A DNA stretch of 64,000 nucleotides. It comes from Akkermansiaceae bacterium (GTDB lineage: Bacteria > Verrucomicrobiota > Verrucomicrobiia > Verrucomicrobiales > Akkermansiaceae). Below the pieces are notes generated by a model. It was not told the DNA's origin. It ran no database searches and saw only the letters and a list, made by a program, of their open reading frames with translations. Positions 18,349 through 28,640 of this stretch are shown piece after piece. The translations under genes were made by a program, and so were the position numbers. Within the stretch, counting starts at the first letter, position 1. Every line of letters begins with the position of its first letter. The DNA lies in contig JBPOGF010000014.1 in NCBI GenBank assembly GCA_051251915.1, positions 32,001 through 96,000 on the forward strand, written 5' to 3'.

Positions 18349-20820
18349 CTAGAGTTTGTATGCTTCGCCTTTTTTGAGGGTGATGACTTTGGTGAGTTTT
18401 TGGTTGTGGTAGATGCGGAAGGAGGTGTTGCGCTGGGCGGTGATGGTGGCGGTTTTTAGGGTGTTGTTTTGCCATTCTAGGTCAACTGTTAGGCCACCGC
18501 GGGCGCGGAGGCCGTTGATTTTTCCGTCTTTCCATGTAGGTGGGAGTGCTGGGAGGAGGTGGAGGATGTAGGGGGCGTGGGCTATGCTGTCTGATGGGAC
18601 TGTGGCGAGGTATTCTTTTTGGTTATCTGGCTTTGGTTGGTAGGCGATGTAGGCGGCTTCTTGGATGTTGTTAGAGTCGTTGTAGATGCTGCGGAGGTGG
18701 CTTTGGAGGAGCATTTCGCAGACGCCTGCTGCGCCGCCGAAGTTTCCATCGATTTGGAATGGGGGGTGGAAGTCGAAGAGGTTTGGGTAGGCTCTTTTGG
18801 AGGTTAGGTATTGGTAGAGTTGGTGGGCTTTTTCTCCGTTGTGGAGGCGTGCCCAAAAGCATGTTTTCCAGCCTGTGCTCCAGCCTGTGGAGAGGTCGCC
18901 CCGGTGTTTCATGGTGACGAGGACGGCGTCATTTAGGGCTGGTGTGCTGAGGGGGGAGATGTCTCTGCCTGGGTGAAGGGCGATGATGTGTGAGATGTGG
19001 CGGTGTTTGTTTTTGGGGTCATCTAGGTCTTGTGGCCATTCTTGGAGTTGTCCGTGTTTGCCGATTTTTTGTGGGGAGAGTTTTGGTAGGAGTTGTCTGA
19101 GCTGGGCGCGGAGTTGTGGGTCTTTGTCTAGTATGAGTGATGCTTCGATGACGTCTGTGAAGAGGTTGACTAGGAGTTGTTGGTCCCAGGCTGCGCCGTA
19201 GGTTTGTTTGTTGTTTTTTTCTTTGGATGCTTTGTTTCCTGGGATGGCGTAGAAGTTTTCTGGTGACCATGTGGGGTAGACGACAAGGGTGCCGTCTTTG
19301 TAGGGTGCGAGGAATTCGGTGAAGAATTCTGCTGAGCCTTTTAGGGTGGGGTAGATTTCTGCGAGGTATTTTTTATCTTTGCTGAAGGTGTAGTGGTCGA
19401 AGAGGTTTTGGCAGAGCCAGTGTCCGCCTTGTTGGGCACGGCGGCCTAGTTCGTTTTGGGCGGTGAATCCGTAGACGTTTCCGTTGAGGCCCATGGACCA
19501 GCCTTTGTTGATTCCGAAGGAGTGTTTTGCGGTGTGTTTGCCTGATTCTGCGAGGATTTTCATCCATTTGGCGAATGGGGAGAATGATTCTGCGAGGTTT
19601 GCGGGGCCGGTCATCCAGTAGTTCATCTGGACGTTGATGTCTGTGTGGTAGTCTCCGTTCCACATGGGTGTTTTGTCAGCGTTCCAGAGGCCTTGGAGGT
19701 TGGATGGGACGGGGGCTGAGCGTGAGCAACTTAGTTGGAGGTAGCGGGCGTAGTTGAAGTAGAGGGATTCTAGTTCTATGCTGGGTTTTTGGACTAGCTT
19801 GTCTGTGGTGAGGCCGGATGGGGTGTGGTTTAGCTGGAGTTGGCAGCGGGTCATGAGGGATGAGATGTCGCTGGTGTGGGCTTGTTTGAGCTTGTCGTAG
19901 CCTAGGGTGGTGGCTTTTGTTAGGGTTTTGTTTAGGTCTGCTGCGTGGTCGCGGCCGGTGAATGTGGGGAATGTGGGTAGGTAGTCTGTGTAGGCGGCGA
20001 TGTAGAGCTTGATGTCTTTGGAGCCTGAGATGGTGAGGGTATCTTGGGTGTAGGAGAGTTTGGCGTCTGGTGCGTCTACTTGGATGGCTTGGGTGAAGTG
20101 GACGTCATTGAGGGCCATGGCTACTGAGCCGGTGAGGATGAGTCTGTTGGTGGTGAGTTCTTGGTTGGTGATTTTGTGGTCGGTGTTGATTTTTAGTTTG
20201 AGGGTTTGGGGGGTGGTTGATTGGAATCTGACTGCTGTTAGGTCGTGGGGGTGGCTGGTGAAGTATTCTCTGGTGTATTCTGTGTCGGCTATTTTGTAGG
20301 TGACTGAGCCTAGGCCTTGGTTGATGTCTAGGGATCTGTTGTAGTCTTTGGCATCCTTGAGTTGGTGGCCGGTTTCGATTTGGATGTTGGTGAAATTTGT
20401 GAAGTGTCCGAGTGGTTCTTTGGTGGAGAGGTGGAGGGTGGCGGTGTTTTCCATGCTGCCGGGCTTGGTGCCGTACTTTTCGTCGCGGTAGGTTTGGCGG
20501 ACGGTTTCTAGGGCTTCTGCGCCTCCGGTGCGGGAGGCGGATTGGGTGACTGGGTCTGCACCGCGTTTGGCTCCGGCCCAGAGTGTGATGTCATTTATGA
20601 GTAGGCGTTCTAGTTCTACGCCTCCTGAGAACATGGTGCCAAGGCGACCGTTGCCGAGGGGGATGGCTTGCTTGATGAAGGCTGAGTTGCCGCGTTTGAA
20701 TTTACCGCCGAGGTCGTCTTTTGCTGGTTTGTCATAGGTGAGTTGGAGTTCAGCGGCACTGGTGTAGTTAGCAGATAGTGTGAGGGCGGCGAGGATGGAT
20801 GATAGGATGAGCTTTTTCAT
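18349..20820 (-). CDS. Glycoside hydrolase family 95 (alpha-L-fucosidase/L-galactosidase-like), exported
   Basis: PLGNGRLG, NLQGLWN, YHTDINVQMNYW, SPEN, LQEW, HRHISH, PPFQIDGNFG, LLPALP. Confidence 0.93.
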   Translation of the reverse strand: MKKLILSSILAALTLSANYTSAAELQLTYDKPAKDDLGGKFKRGNSAFIKQAIPLGNGRLGTMFSGGVELERLLINDITLWAGAKRGADPVTQSASRTGGAEALETVRQTYRDEKYGTKPGSMENTATLHLSTKEPLGHFTNFTNIQIETGHQLKDAKDYNRSLDINQGLGSVTYKIADTEYTREYFTSHPHDLTAVRFQSTTPQTLKLKINTDHKITNQELTTNRLILTGSVAMALNDVHFTQAIQVDAPDAKLSYTQDTLTISGSKDIKLYIAAYTDYLPTFPTFTGRDHAADLNKTLTKATTLGYDKLKQAHTSDISSLMTRCQLQLNHTPSGLTTDKLVQKPSIELESLYFNYARYLQLSCSRSAPVPSNLQGLWNADKTPMWNGDYHTDINVQMNYWMTGPANLAESFSPFAKWMKILAESGKHTAKHSFGINKGWSMGLNGNVYGFTAQNELGRRAQQGGHWLCQNLFDHYTFSKDKKYLAEIYPTLKGSAEFFTEFLAPYKDGTLVVYPTWSPENFYAIPGNKASKEKNNKQTYGAAWDQQLLVNLFTDVIEASLILDKDPQLRAQLRQLLPKLSPQKIGKHGQLQEWPQDLDDPKNKHRHISHIIALHPGRDISPLSTPALNDAVLVTMKHRGDLSTGWSTGWKTCFWARLHNGEKAHQLYQYLTSKRAYPNLFDFHPPFQIDGNFGGAAGVCEMLLQSHLRSIYNDSNNIQEAAYIAYQPKPDNQKEYLATVPSDSIAHAPYILHLLPALPPTWKDGKINGLRARGGLTVDLEWQNNTLKTATITAQRNTSFRIYHNQKLTKVITLKKGEAYKL

Positions 20821-20851
20821 GGGTAAATCTGGTTTGGGAACGATGCGTTTA

Positions 20852-22333
20852 TTATTTATTTTCTAGGTAGGATGGCTTCCATGGTTCTGGGCTGCCTTTT
20901 CTGGATTGGAGGAATTTTGCGTTGTTGGCTTTTAGGTATGCGTGGAGTTTTGCTCTCATGGTGGCGGCTCTTTCTGGGTCTTGCTTTGAGAGGTCGTTTT
21001 GCTCGCCGATGTCTTCTTTGAGGTTGAAGAGTTTGAAGGTTCCGTCTTCGTAGTTTTCTAAGAGTTTGTAGTCTCCTTGTCTGATGGCTCCTCCGGGGAT
21101 TCCGCCTTGGTTGGAGTAGTGTGGGTAGTGCCAGTAGATGGCATCACGCTTTAGTTCTCCGCCTTCTAGGAGTGGGCGTAGGTCAACTCCGTCTACTTCT
21201 GGTTCTACTTTGTAGCCTGCTGCTGTGGCGATGGTGGGGTAGAGGTCAATGCCTGAGATGGGTGTGGCGGTGGTGGTGCCTGGTTTGGTGACATTTGGGT
21301 AGCGGATGATCCATGGTTCTCTGATTCCTCCTTCGTACATCCAGCCTTTGCCGCCGTTGAGTGGTTTGTTAGATGTGGGTAGGCCTTCTGAGGTGGAGAG
21401 TCCGCCGTTGTCTGAGGTGAAGACGATTATGGTGTTGTCCCATTTGCCTTCGGCTTTGAGTGTGTCGATGACTGATCCTATGGCGAGGTCCATGGCTTCT
21501 ACCATGGCGGCGTAGGTAGTGTGGGTTTGTTTGACGCGGATTTTGTTTGTTTTGCCGCTGGCTGAGGGGATTTTTTCGAAATCAGAAGGTGACTGTTGGT
21601 TGCCTTGTTCTTTGGCTTTTTTCTTGTACTTTTGGATGAGGTCCTTGCGTCCCATGAGTGGGGTGTGGACTGAGTAGAATGAGAGGTAGGCGAAGAAGGG
21701 CTGGTCTTTGGATTCAGTGATGAACTTGGAAGTTTCTTTCGCTAGTCTGGCTGGGAGGTGCTCTCCGGCTGGGCCTTCTTCTTTGATTTCAGGGTTCTTG
21801 TATGGGGCGAAGTATTTTTTGCCGGTGTATGGGCCGCCTCTGTCGTGGCCGCCGATGTTGATGTCGAATCCTTGTTTTTGTGGGCGGAAGTCTGGGCCGT
21901 AGCCGAGGTGCCATTTTCCGGCGAAGTAGGTTCGGTAGCCTTGGGTTCTGAGGGCTTCTGCGAGAGTTGTTTCTGCTAGTGGAAGCTCAGCGACGAATGG
22001 GGCGGGAGCAAATTTGCCGCTTTTTCCTGGGCTGGCTTTTTTACCTGGGAAGAGGTGGGTGGTGCCTATGGTGATGGGGTATTTACCAGTGAGCATGCTG
22101 ACGCGTGATGGGGAGCAGACGGGGCAGGTGGCGTAGCCGTCTGTGAAGAGGAGGGAGTCTTTTGCTAGGGCGTCGATGTTTGGGGTTTCGTAGAAGCAGT
22201 TTGGATTGTTGGCGCCGATGTCCATGTAGCCGAGGTCATCTACTAGGAAGACGAGAACGTTTGGTTTCTCGGCGGCTGTTAGAGTGGTTAGGGTTGCTCC
22301 TAGGCTGAGGATGATTCTGTTGAGTAATTTCAT
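20852..22333 (-). CDS. Exported Cys-type sulfatase (S1)
   Basis: KPNVLVFLVDD, CSPSRVSMLTG, GKWHLG, YWHYPHY. Confidence 0.95.
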   Translation of the reverse strand: MKLLNRIILSLGATLTTLTAAEKPNVLVFLVDDLGYMDIGANNPNCFYETPNIDALAKDSLLFTDGYATCPVCSPSRVSMLTGKYPITIGTTHLFPGKKASPGKSGKFAPAPFVAELPLAETTLAEALRTQGYRTYFAGKWHLGYGPDFRPQKQGFDINIGGHDRGGPYTGKKYFAPYKNPEIKEEGPAGEHLPARLAKETSKFITESKDQPFFAYLSFYSVHTPLMGRKDLIQKYKKKAKEQGNQQSPSDFEKIPSASGKTNKIRVKQTHTTYAAMVEAMDLAIGSVIDTLKAEGKWDNTIIVFTSDNGGLSTSEGLPTSNKPLNGGKGWMYEGGIREPWIIRYPNVTKPGTTTATPISGIDLYPTIATAAGYKVEPEVDGVDLRPLLEGGELKRDAIYWHYPHYSNQGGIPGGAIRQGDYKLLENYEDGTFKLFNLKEDIGEQNDLSKQDPERAATMRAKLHAYLKANNAKFLQSRKGSPEPWKPSYLENK

Positions 22334-22341
22334 GTGGGTAT

Positions 22342-23760
22342 TTATTTTGTTAGGATTTTAGGTTCTGCTACTTTGCCCGCTGGTCTGATTTCTTTGTTCA
22401 TTTCTGAGTCAAATTTGGTCATGGCTGCTTTGAGTTGGGCGACGATTTCTGGGTGCTGTGAGGCGATGTTCTTTTTTTCTGAGATGTCTGTGGTGAGGTT
22501 GTAGAGTACGTCTTTTCCGTCGATGGTTCTGAGTTTGTAGTTGTTCCAGCGTGCTCCTTCTAGATTTCCCCAGTGGCTGTAGAAGAAGTATTCGTGTGGG
22601 CTGTCTTTTCCTTCTGTTAGAGTTGGGATGATATCTTTGCCGTCGATGATGAGGTCTTTAGGGAGCTTGGCATTGATTAGCTTGGCGAAGGTTGGGAGGA
22701 TATCCATGGTTGTCATGAGTTTGTCGTTGTCGCTGCCGGCTGGGATGGCTTTTGGCCAGCGGATGACGGTGGGTACTCTCATTCCTCCTTCGAGTGTGGA
22801 GCCTTTTTTTCCGCTGAGTGGTTTGGCGCTGCCTTTGGATGGGCCGTTGTCAGTGGAGAAGAGGACGATGGTGTTTTCATCGATGCTGTGTTCTTTGAGT
22901 TTATCTAGTATCTGGCCTACTGACCAGTCGATTTCATTGATGACGGTGGGGAAGATGCCGGGTTTGGCTCGTTTGTTTTTCTTACGAGCTTCCGCGTATG
23001 ATTTTTTAATTTCTGGTGAGGCGGCTAGTGGGCCGTGTGGGAGTGGGTGAGCGACGTAGAGGAAGAAGTTTTGGTCTTTGTTGTTGTCGATGAATTTGAG
23101 TGCGCGGTGGGTGATTCTACGGGTGAGTTGATTAGCATCTGGTTCTAGTTCGATGACGGTTTCTCCTTCCAGCAGGGGGAGTGGTGGGAATTTGAATATT
23201 TTATTTCTGGGGTGCTTGGGATGAATGTCATGGCTGTATGGGATGCCGAAGTATTCTTCGAATCCTTGGCGAGTGGGTAGGAATTCTGGTTGGTCGCCGA
23301 GGTGCCATTTTCCGAACATGCCTGTTTTATAGCCTGCTGACTGAGCGACTTCTGCGATGGTGAGTTCGCTTGGGTTGAGGCCTTTTCCGTCACCGGCGAG
23401 GCAGACTGGGAATCTTGTTCCTTCTGGGATGTGGGGGAGTGAGACTGTGAGGCTGGATGGGATGTCCATGTCTATGCGCTTGGGGTAGCAGCCGGTCATG
23501 AGTGCTGCGCGTGATGGGGTGCATAGGGGTGCGGCTACGTAGAAGCTGGTGAGTCTGGCGCCCTCTTTTGCCATTTGGTCAATGTTGGGAGTGAGGAGGG
23601 TTTTGCCGCCGAAACATGCTAGGTCAGCGTAGCCTTGGTCATCTGTGAAGATGATAACTAGGTTAGGCTTTTTATTGCTGGTAGCTTCGCTTTCGGCTGC
23701 AAATGAGCTTAGGGCTGAACCTAGGGCAAAGATGAGTGGTGCAATGTACTTCATATACAT
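22342..23760 (-). CDS. Exported Cys-type sulfatase (S1)
   Basis: KPNLVIIFTDD, CTPSRAALMTG, GKWHLG, TDNG. Confidence 0.95.
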   Translation of the reverse strand: MYMKYIAPLIFALGSALSSFAAESEATSNKKPNLVIIFTDDQGYADLACFGGKTLLTPNIDQMAKEGARLTSFYVAAPLCTPSRAALMTGCYPKRIDMDIPSSLTVSLPHIPEGTRFPVCLAGDGKGLNPSELTIAEVAQSAGYKTGMFGKWHLGDQPEFLPTRQGFEEYFGIPYSHDIHPKHPRNKIFKFPPLPLLEGETVIELEPDANQLTRRITHRALKFIDNNKDQNFFLYVAHPLPHGPLAASPEIKKSYAEARKKNKRAKPGIFPTVINEIDWSVGQILDKLKEHSIDENTIVLFSTDNGPSKGSAKPLSGKKGSTLEGGMRVPTVIRWPKAIPAGSDNDKLMTTMDILPTFAKLINAKLPKDLIIDGKDIIPTLTEGKDSPHEYFFYSHWGNLEGARWNNYKLRTIDGKDVLYNLTTDISEKKNIASQHPEIVAQLKAAMTKFDSEMNKEIRPAGKVAEPKILTK

Positions 23761-23851
23761 ACTTATACGTATGTGTATGACGGATTACTACAAAAAAAGG
23801 AGGCTATAATGAATATGTGGATGTGGATTCCTGATATTTGTATAACCTGAT

Positions 23852-24364
23852 TTAGATGAGGTCTTCATCACCTGGGACTGGGGGGATGAGGTCTTCTCTG
23901 AGGAGGAGTCGCTCGATGTTTAGGTCATCGATGAGGTCATCTGCTGTTTGCTGGATAATGGAGCAATAGGGGGTGATTCTGTCGACTTCAGCGATGGTGC
24001 AGTGGGTCATGGTGGAGATGATGTCAGCATCGTATTTCTCTCTCTCGAAAATATTGGTGATACGGAAGACGACGCGTTGTCTGTCGAGGTCGTATTCAAG
24101 TCCACCGAGGTTCATTTGTTTGTTTGCGCGGTGGAGTAGTTCTAGGAGATAGGGCATTTTTAACTCATCCATTGGCATGGAAGTCTCGCCAACGATGCTG
24201 AGGGCATTGAGTTGGGTGAAGGCTTGGGCGAAGAGTTGGACGCGGGTGTGATGGGCATCGAATGCGGTGGTGATGACTTCACGGCCTTCGATGATTTCGT
24301 GTTGCCAGCCTTGCTGGTTAAAGGCGTCAGAGATGGATTGAGTTTGGAGTGATGGTGGTCTCAT
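23852..24364 (-). CDS. YbjN-like domain protein
   Basis: Size and ELLHRANKQMNLGGLEYD motif resemble YbjN/T3SS-chaperone-like folds. Confidence 0.55.
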   Translation of the reverse strand: MRPPSLQTQSISDAFNQQGWQHEIIEGREVITTAFDAHHTRVQLFAQAFTQLNALSIVGETSMPMDELKMPYLLELLHRANKQMNLGGLEYDLDRQRVVFRITNIFEREKYDADIISTMTHCTIAEVDRITPYCSIIQQTADDLIDDLNIERLLLREDLIPPVPGDEDLI

Positions 24365-24373
24365 GGTGGTAAA

Positions 24374-24823
24374 TTATCTTGGAGTGATGGTGAGTGGCTC
24401 ACCGTAAATATTTGTAGTGGCCCAGACTTGGTCGCCAGTTTTAAATGGATCCTGGTCGAGGCTAATGAGCTTATAAGATTGCCCTTTTAACTTCACCATG
24501 ACTTCTTGAGCATCTTTTTGGCGGACGCGGGTTTCGGCTTTTCTGCCACCGTAGGCGCCGATGAATCTGCCGACGACGGCTCCAACGTATCGTCCTGTTC
24601 CAGAGCCTACACTAGCTCCTGTTAATGCTCCTCCGAGGCTGCCAATTGTGGTGCCGACTCCGATGTTCTTAGAGACTTTGACGGGGTGACTGTGCTGGAC
24701 AATTCCTGCAGTTTTACCTGTTTGGGTTTTTCTGTGTGGTGCTTTAATGACGGAGTATTCTTGAGAACAGCTAGCCATTAGTAGCGTGGCCGCTATTGCG
24801 CAGTTTAATTTACTAGTTCTCAT
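24374..24823 (-). CDS. Glycine-zipper outer-membrane lipoprotein (SlyB-like)
   Basis: Lipobox MASC; GTTIGSLGGALTGASVGSGTG glycine zipper. Confidence 0.8.
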   Translation of the reverse strand: MRTSKLNCAIAATLLMASCSQEYSVIKAPHRKTQTGKTAGIVQHSHPVKVSKNIGVGTTIGSLGGALTGASVGSGTGRYVGAVVGRFIGAYGGRKAETRVRQKDAQEVMVKLKGQSYKLISLDQDPFKTGDQVWATTNIYGEPLTITPR

Positions 24824-24859
24824 GAATACTTATTAACAGAAGTAGTCTTCAATACGATG

Positions 24860-26443
24860 TTATTCCTCGTCGAGGGATATGCGTGGGAAGACTGGTTTAG
24901 GTTTGGCGACTTCTTGGCCTACCGGGATCATGCCCCACTTAAGGTCATTGATATTTACGTCGGCTAGGAAGTTAGCTTTAAGCTGGTTTTGGATACGCTC
25001 ACAGGCTGCTGGGATTACTGGCTTGAGGAGGACGGAGACGATGGCGACTACTTCTGTTAGGTGTCCGAGGACTGTGGTTAGTTCTGCCATTTTTGTTTCG
25101 TCTTTAGCGAGTGACCAGGGTGCCTGTTTGTCGGTGTATTGGTTACAGAGGGTGATGTATTTGATGACGACTTCGAGAGCTTCAGAGACGGCGTAGCGAT
25201 CCATTGCTTCTTTGTAGGCTGCAATGGTGACGGCTGCTTGCTCTCTTAGCTCCTGACTGGCTTCATCATCGTAGTCGCTTGCTGAAGTAGCACCGTTGAG
25301 AAATCTCTTGGTCATGCTTAGGCCGCGGTTGCAGAGGTTGCCGAGATTGTTAGCCAGCTCGGTGTTGAAGAGCATGACTAGGCGCTCTGGGTCGAAGTTT
25401 GAATCTCTGCCAGTGTGGATGTCTCTAACTAGATAGTAGCGCACGCAGTCTGGGCCGAATTTCTCGACGAGTTTGACTGGGTCCATCATGTCCGCTTGCT
25501 CTGGGGTCATTTCACTTTTGGAAACTTTACCGCTATTTAGGTTCCAGAATCCGTGAACGAGGAGTGATGGCATTTGCTCATCTGTGAAACCGATGGCATG
25601 TAGCATGCATGGCCAGTAGATGGAGTGAGAGGGGACGAGGATGTCTTTGCCAATGACGTGAAGGTTTGCTGGCCAGAGTTTATCAAAGTCAGGGAGGTCT
25701 GAACCTTCTGCTTTGTTGTATCCGGCGAAGGAGATGTAGTTGATTAGGGCATCAAACCAGACGAAGGTGACGAATTCTGAGTCAAATGGGAGTTCGATCC
25801 CCCAGCGGAGTCTTTCCTTGGGGCGAGAGATGCAGAGGTCATTGTCTTCAGCGCGTTCGATAGCGTTTAGGACGTCTGCTTTTCTGAATGAGGGGATGAT
25901 GAAGTTGTCGCTGTTTTCAACGTAGTCGCGCAGCCATGCAACGTGGTCGCTTAGTTTGAAGTAATAGTTTTCTTCATCACGTTCTTCTACTTGGCCCCAT
26001 TCTGAACCGAAGTTTCCTTCTTCATCGCGCTCTTTGTCGGTGAGGAATTGTTCCTGTTTGATGGAGTAGAAGCCTTTGTATTGCTTCTTGTAGATTTGGC
26101 CTTCGTCGAAGAGTTTCTGGAGGATGTCGGCTACACATTTTTTGTGTTGGTCATCTGTGGTCTCTGCCCAGCCGTCATAATCTAGTTCTAGCGCGGTCCA
26201 GGCGTTGGTGAAGTTTTTGGTCGTCTTGCGAACATAAGTTCCTGGGTGGATGCCTTCTTTCTCGGCTGTCTGCTGCACTTTTTGACCGTGCTGATCTACT
26301 CCTGTTAGGAAATAGGCATCGTCTCCACAGAGTTTGCGGTAACGGGTGATGACATCTGCGAGGACCTTTTCGTAGGCGTGGCCGATGTGTGGTTTGCCGT
26401 TGGTGTAGTCAATGGCGGTGGTGGTGTAAAAAGTTTTAGACAT
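24860..26443 (-). CDS. metG: Methionine--tRNA ligase
   Basis: TTAIDYTNGKPHIGH, GVDQHGQK, VWFDALINY, GKDI, KVSKS. Confidence 0.96.
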   Translation of the reverse strand: MSKTFYTTTAIDYTNGKPHIGHAYEKVLADVITRYRKLCGDDAYFLTGVDQHGQKVQQTAEKEGIHPGTYVRKTTKNFTNAWTALELDYDGWAETTDDQHKKCVADILQKLFDEGQIYKKQYKGFYSIKQEQFLTDKERDEEGNFGSEWGQVEERDEENYYFKLSDHVAWLRDYVENSDNFIIPSFRKADVLNAIERAEDNDLCISRPKERLRWGIELPFDSEFVTFVWFDALINYISFAGYNKAEGSDLPDFDKLWPANLHVIGKDILVPSHSIYWPCMLHAIGFTDEQMPSLLVHGFWNLNSGKVSKSEMTPEQADMMDPVKLVEKFGPDCVRYYLVRDIHTGRDSNFDPERLVMLFNTELANNLGNLCNRGLSMTKRFLNGATSASDYDDEASQELREQAAVTIAAYKEAMDRYAVSEALEVVIKYITLCNQYTDKQAPWSLAKDETKMAELTTVLGHLTEVVAIVSVLLKPVIPAACERIQNQLKANFLADVNINDLKWGMIPVGQEVAKPKPVFPRISLDEE

Positions 26444-26478
26444 GATTGGTGATGATTTAAAAATTGATGATCAATGTT

Positions 26479-26820
26479 CTATGATCTGGTCTTATCGACC
26501 TTGCCACCGATTCCGAGGATGGTGGCATTTTGTTTGGCGGCTTCAGCTTCTGGGATGTTGCCGTCTTGCACATACATCTGGGAGAGGGCTGTCCAGGCAA
26601 GGAGGTCGTTTGGTTCTAAGGTTACGGCTTGGAGTCCGCAGCCAATAGCTTCCTTGATTTCACCCACTTTCATGAGTGCCATGCCGAGGGCTTGCCAGCC
26701 ATCAAAAAACTCAGCGTCAAGGGCCACGCATTTACGATAGCCGACGATGGCTTCTTCAAACTCACCGATTGCCAGTGAGCCGTTTGCGTCATCAAAGATG
26801 TCATTTAGCTCATCGCTCAT
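26479..26820 (-). CDS. Small TPR protein
   Basis: TPR-like repeats (WQALGMALMK, WTALSQMY). Confidence 0.8.
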   Translation of the reverse strand: MSDELNDIFDDANGSLAIGEFEEAIVGYRKCVALDAEFFDGWQALGMALMKVGEIKEAIGCGLQAVTLEPNDLLAWTALSQMYVQDGNIPEAEAAKQNATILGIGGKVDKTRS

Positions 26821-26849
26821 TCTGGTAAGTATGTTAGAGGTAAGTTTTA

Positions 26850-28523
26850 CTATTCGAATTCCATTGCGGGAATGTTTGCCTTGGTAACAGCATCGTCCAT
26901 CCAGGCGCGGAAGACTGAGTCTTGTAGCATTTCAGATCTTGCGTTCTGGATGCGGACACGCATGTCGACGGCTTCAGCGGTGTCGACCACTTCTCTTTTA
27001 TGGAGGTAGACGAGGATGACTTGATCATCTTCTTCAATGTTTTTCTCAGAGAATGACTTGTTGCTAGTGATGGTTGCGTTTTCGAAGATTTCATACTCAG
27101 AGCCAGTTATTTGGCCGTTGATGTCTTTTCCGAGGTTTGCGTAAGTGACGCCGGTTCTGACATCAGCTTCGAGGTCAATGCTTTCAGCGGCATCTTCAGC
27201 AGAAGTCCCGTCAGCGATGCTTTTAGCGAGTTTCTCTTTAAGGTTCTTTACGTCTTCGATCATTGCTGTGTGTGCTTTGTCTTGGATGTAGTCCGCTTTA
27301 GCGAGTTCTTTAGCTTCTTCGTAAGTCTTGGTTACTGGCTTCATTTCCTCGTCATATCTTACGTAGAACCAGCCGTTGCCTTCTAGCTTGATTGGTGCAG
27401 GGATGCGGTATTTGAGGGAGTCTGAGATTTTGATTTGGAAAACACGATCTGCGATTGAGTCACCATCTTTTGAGTTGAGTAGCTTTAGGTCAGCTGGCAC
27501 ATCTTTCGTTGAGAAGAGTTCAGTAGAGGTAAGTTTTAGTCCCTTATTAGTGATTTCTTCTTCAAATTTGAGGCCGTCAGAGTTATCGACCAAGTATGCG
27601 AGGTCATCGAGTTTAGCTGCGACTAGGTTGTCTGCTGGCTTCTCAACTTCTAGTTCCCATTTTGCGAGTTCAGCTTGGAAGGCTTCGTCGATTTTAGCGA
27701 ATTCTTCATCGGTGGCATCTGCTGCACGTACTGGTGCAACGGGTCTCGGTGTAGAGTATACTGGGCGCTCAACTATATAGCTGATGCGGATGGTGCGGTC
27801 TGTTAGGTATTTGAAGTCGTTCTCAGTCCAGTATGCTTTGATTTCTTCTTCAGTTGGCTTGATCTCTTTCTTGTAGCGGTCGATGTCGATTGCGATGCTA
27901 GTGAGGTCTAGTGTTTGCTGTTGGAACTTGATGGAGCGAGCAGTTAGGTTATTTGGTGACTGGAGTCCGCTAGAGATAAGGTTTTTGAGGCGGTCGTAGA
28001 CGAGTGACTCCGCTACGAGGTTGACGAAATCTTCCTCCTGAAGTCCGGATGAGCCGATCTCCTTGATGAATGCTTGATAGGACGCCGCATTGAAGTTTCC
28101 GTCTTGGGCAAACATTTGTTCTTTGATGTGCTTCTTAGCTTGCTCGGTAGATGGGTAGATGCCGTATTCTGCGGCAGTCTTAGCGACTACGATACGTCTA
28201 GTGACGAATCTCTGCGCATCTTGTGTGCTAGTGCCCATGCGGTAGAAACCAAATTGGGCATACATGTCTAGCTGGCGATTATAAATCATATCTAGAGCGT
28301 ATCCAGTGAGTCCTGGGTCTTGTAGTTGTTTAATCACGCCGAGTGAGTTGAAGCCCATTTTTCTGAACTGGATTTGGTCAATACCTTCACCATAGACCTC
28401 AGTTACTTTGCCTCTGCCTCCAGAGTTAGCGTTGAAATTCCCCATTGTGAGGATGAGTCCGGCTGCGAGCAGGACGAGGACTACGACCATGAGGCCGGTG
28501 TATTTGCGCATGTTTTCGATCAT
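26850..28523 (-). CDS. Membrane-anchored periplasmic chaperone (SurA N-terminal/PpiD-like)
   Basis: MIENMRK followed by a TM helix; F...GNFNAASYQAF; PTEEEIKAYW; TYEEAKE. Confidence 0.75.
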   Translation of the reverse strand: MIENMRKYTGLMVVVLVLLAAGLILTMGNFNANSGGRGKVTEVYGEGIDQIQFRKMGFNSLGVIKQLQDPGLTGYALDMIYNRQLDMYAQFGFYRMGTSTQDAQRFVTRRIVVAKTAAEYGIYPSTEQAKKHIKEQMFAQDGNFNAASYQAFIKEIGSSGLQEEDFVNLVAESLVYDRLKNLISSGLQSPNNLTARSIKFQQQTLDLTSIAIDIDRYKKEIKPTEEEIKAYWTENDFKYLTDRTIRISYIVERPVYSTPRPVAPVRAADATDEEFAKIDEAFQAELAKWELEVEKPADNLVAAKLDDLAYLVDNSDGLKFEEEITNKGLKLTSTELFSTKDVPADLKLLNSKDGDSIADRVFQIKISDSLKYRIPAPIKLEGNGWFYVRYDEEMKPVTKTYEEAKELAKADYIQDKAHTAMIEDVKNLKEKLAKSIADGTSAEDAAESIDLEADVRTGVTYANLGKDINGQITGSEYEIFENATITSNKSFSEKNIEEDDQVILVYLHKREVVDTAEAVDMRVRIQNARSEMLQDSVFRAWMDDAVTKANIPAMEFE

Positions 28524-28640
28524 GATATTTTACTTGTTTGAAATTGGTTATGACGAGGAGCCGGTGGGCTTGCTCGTAGTAGTGCGGAGCTTTTAGGCTG
28601 AGAATCCCACGGAATCAACCGTGAAATGCGGGAATATGGA

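Noticed and set aside
28552..28576. Hairpin ACGAGGAGCC-GGTG-GGCTTGCTCGT upstream of the PpiD-like gene
   Set aside because: A single imperfect stem with no supporting features.
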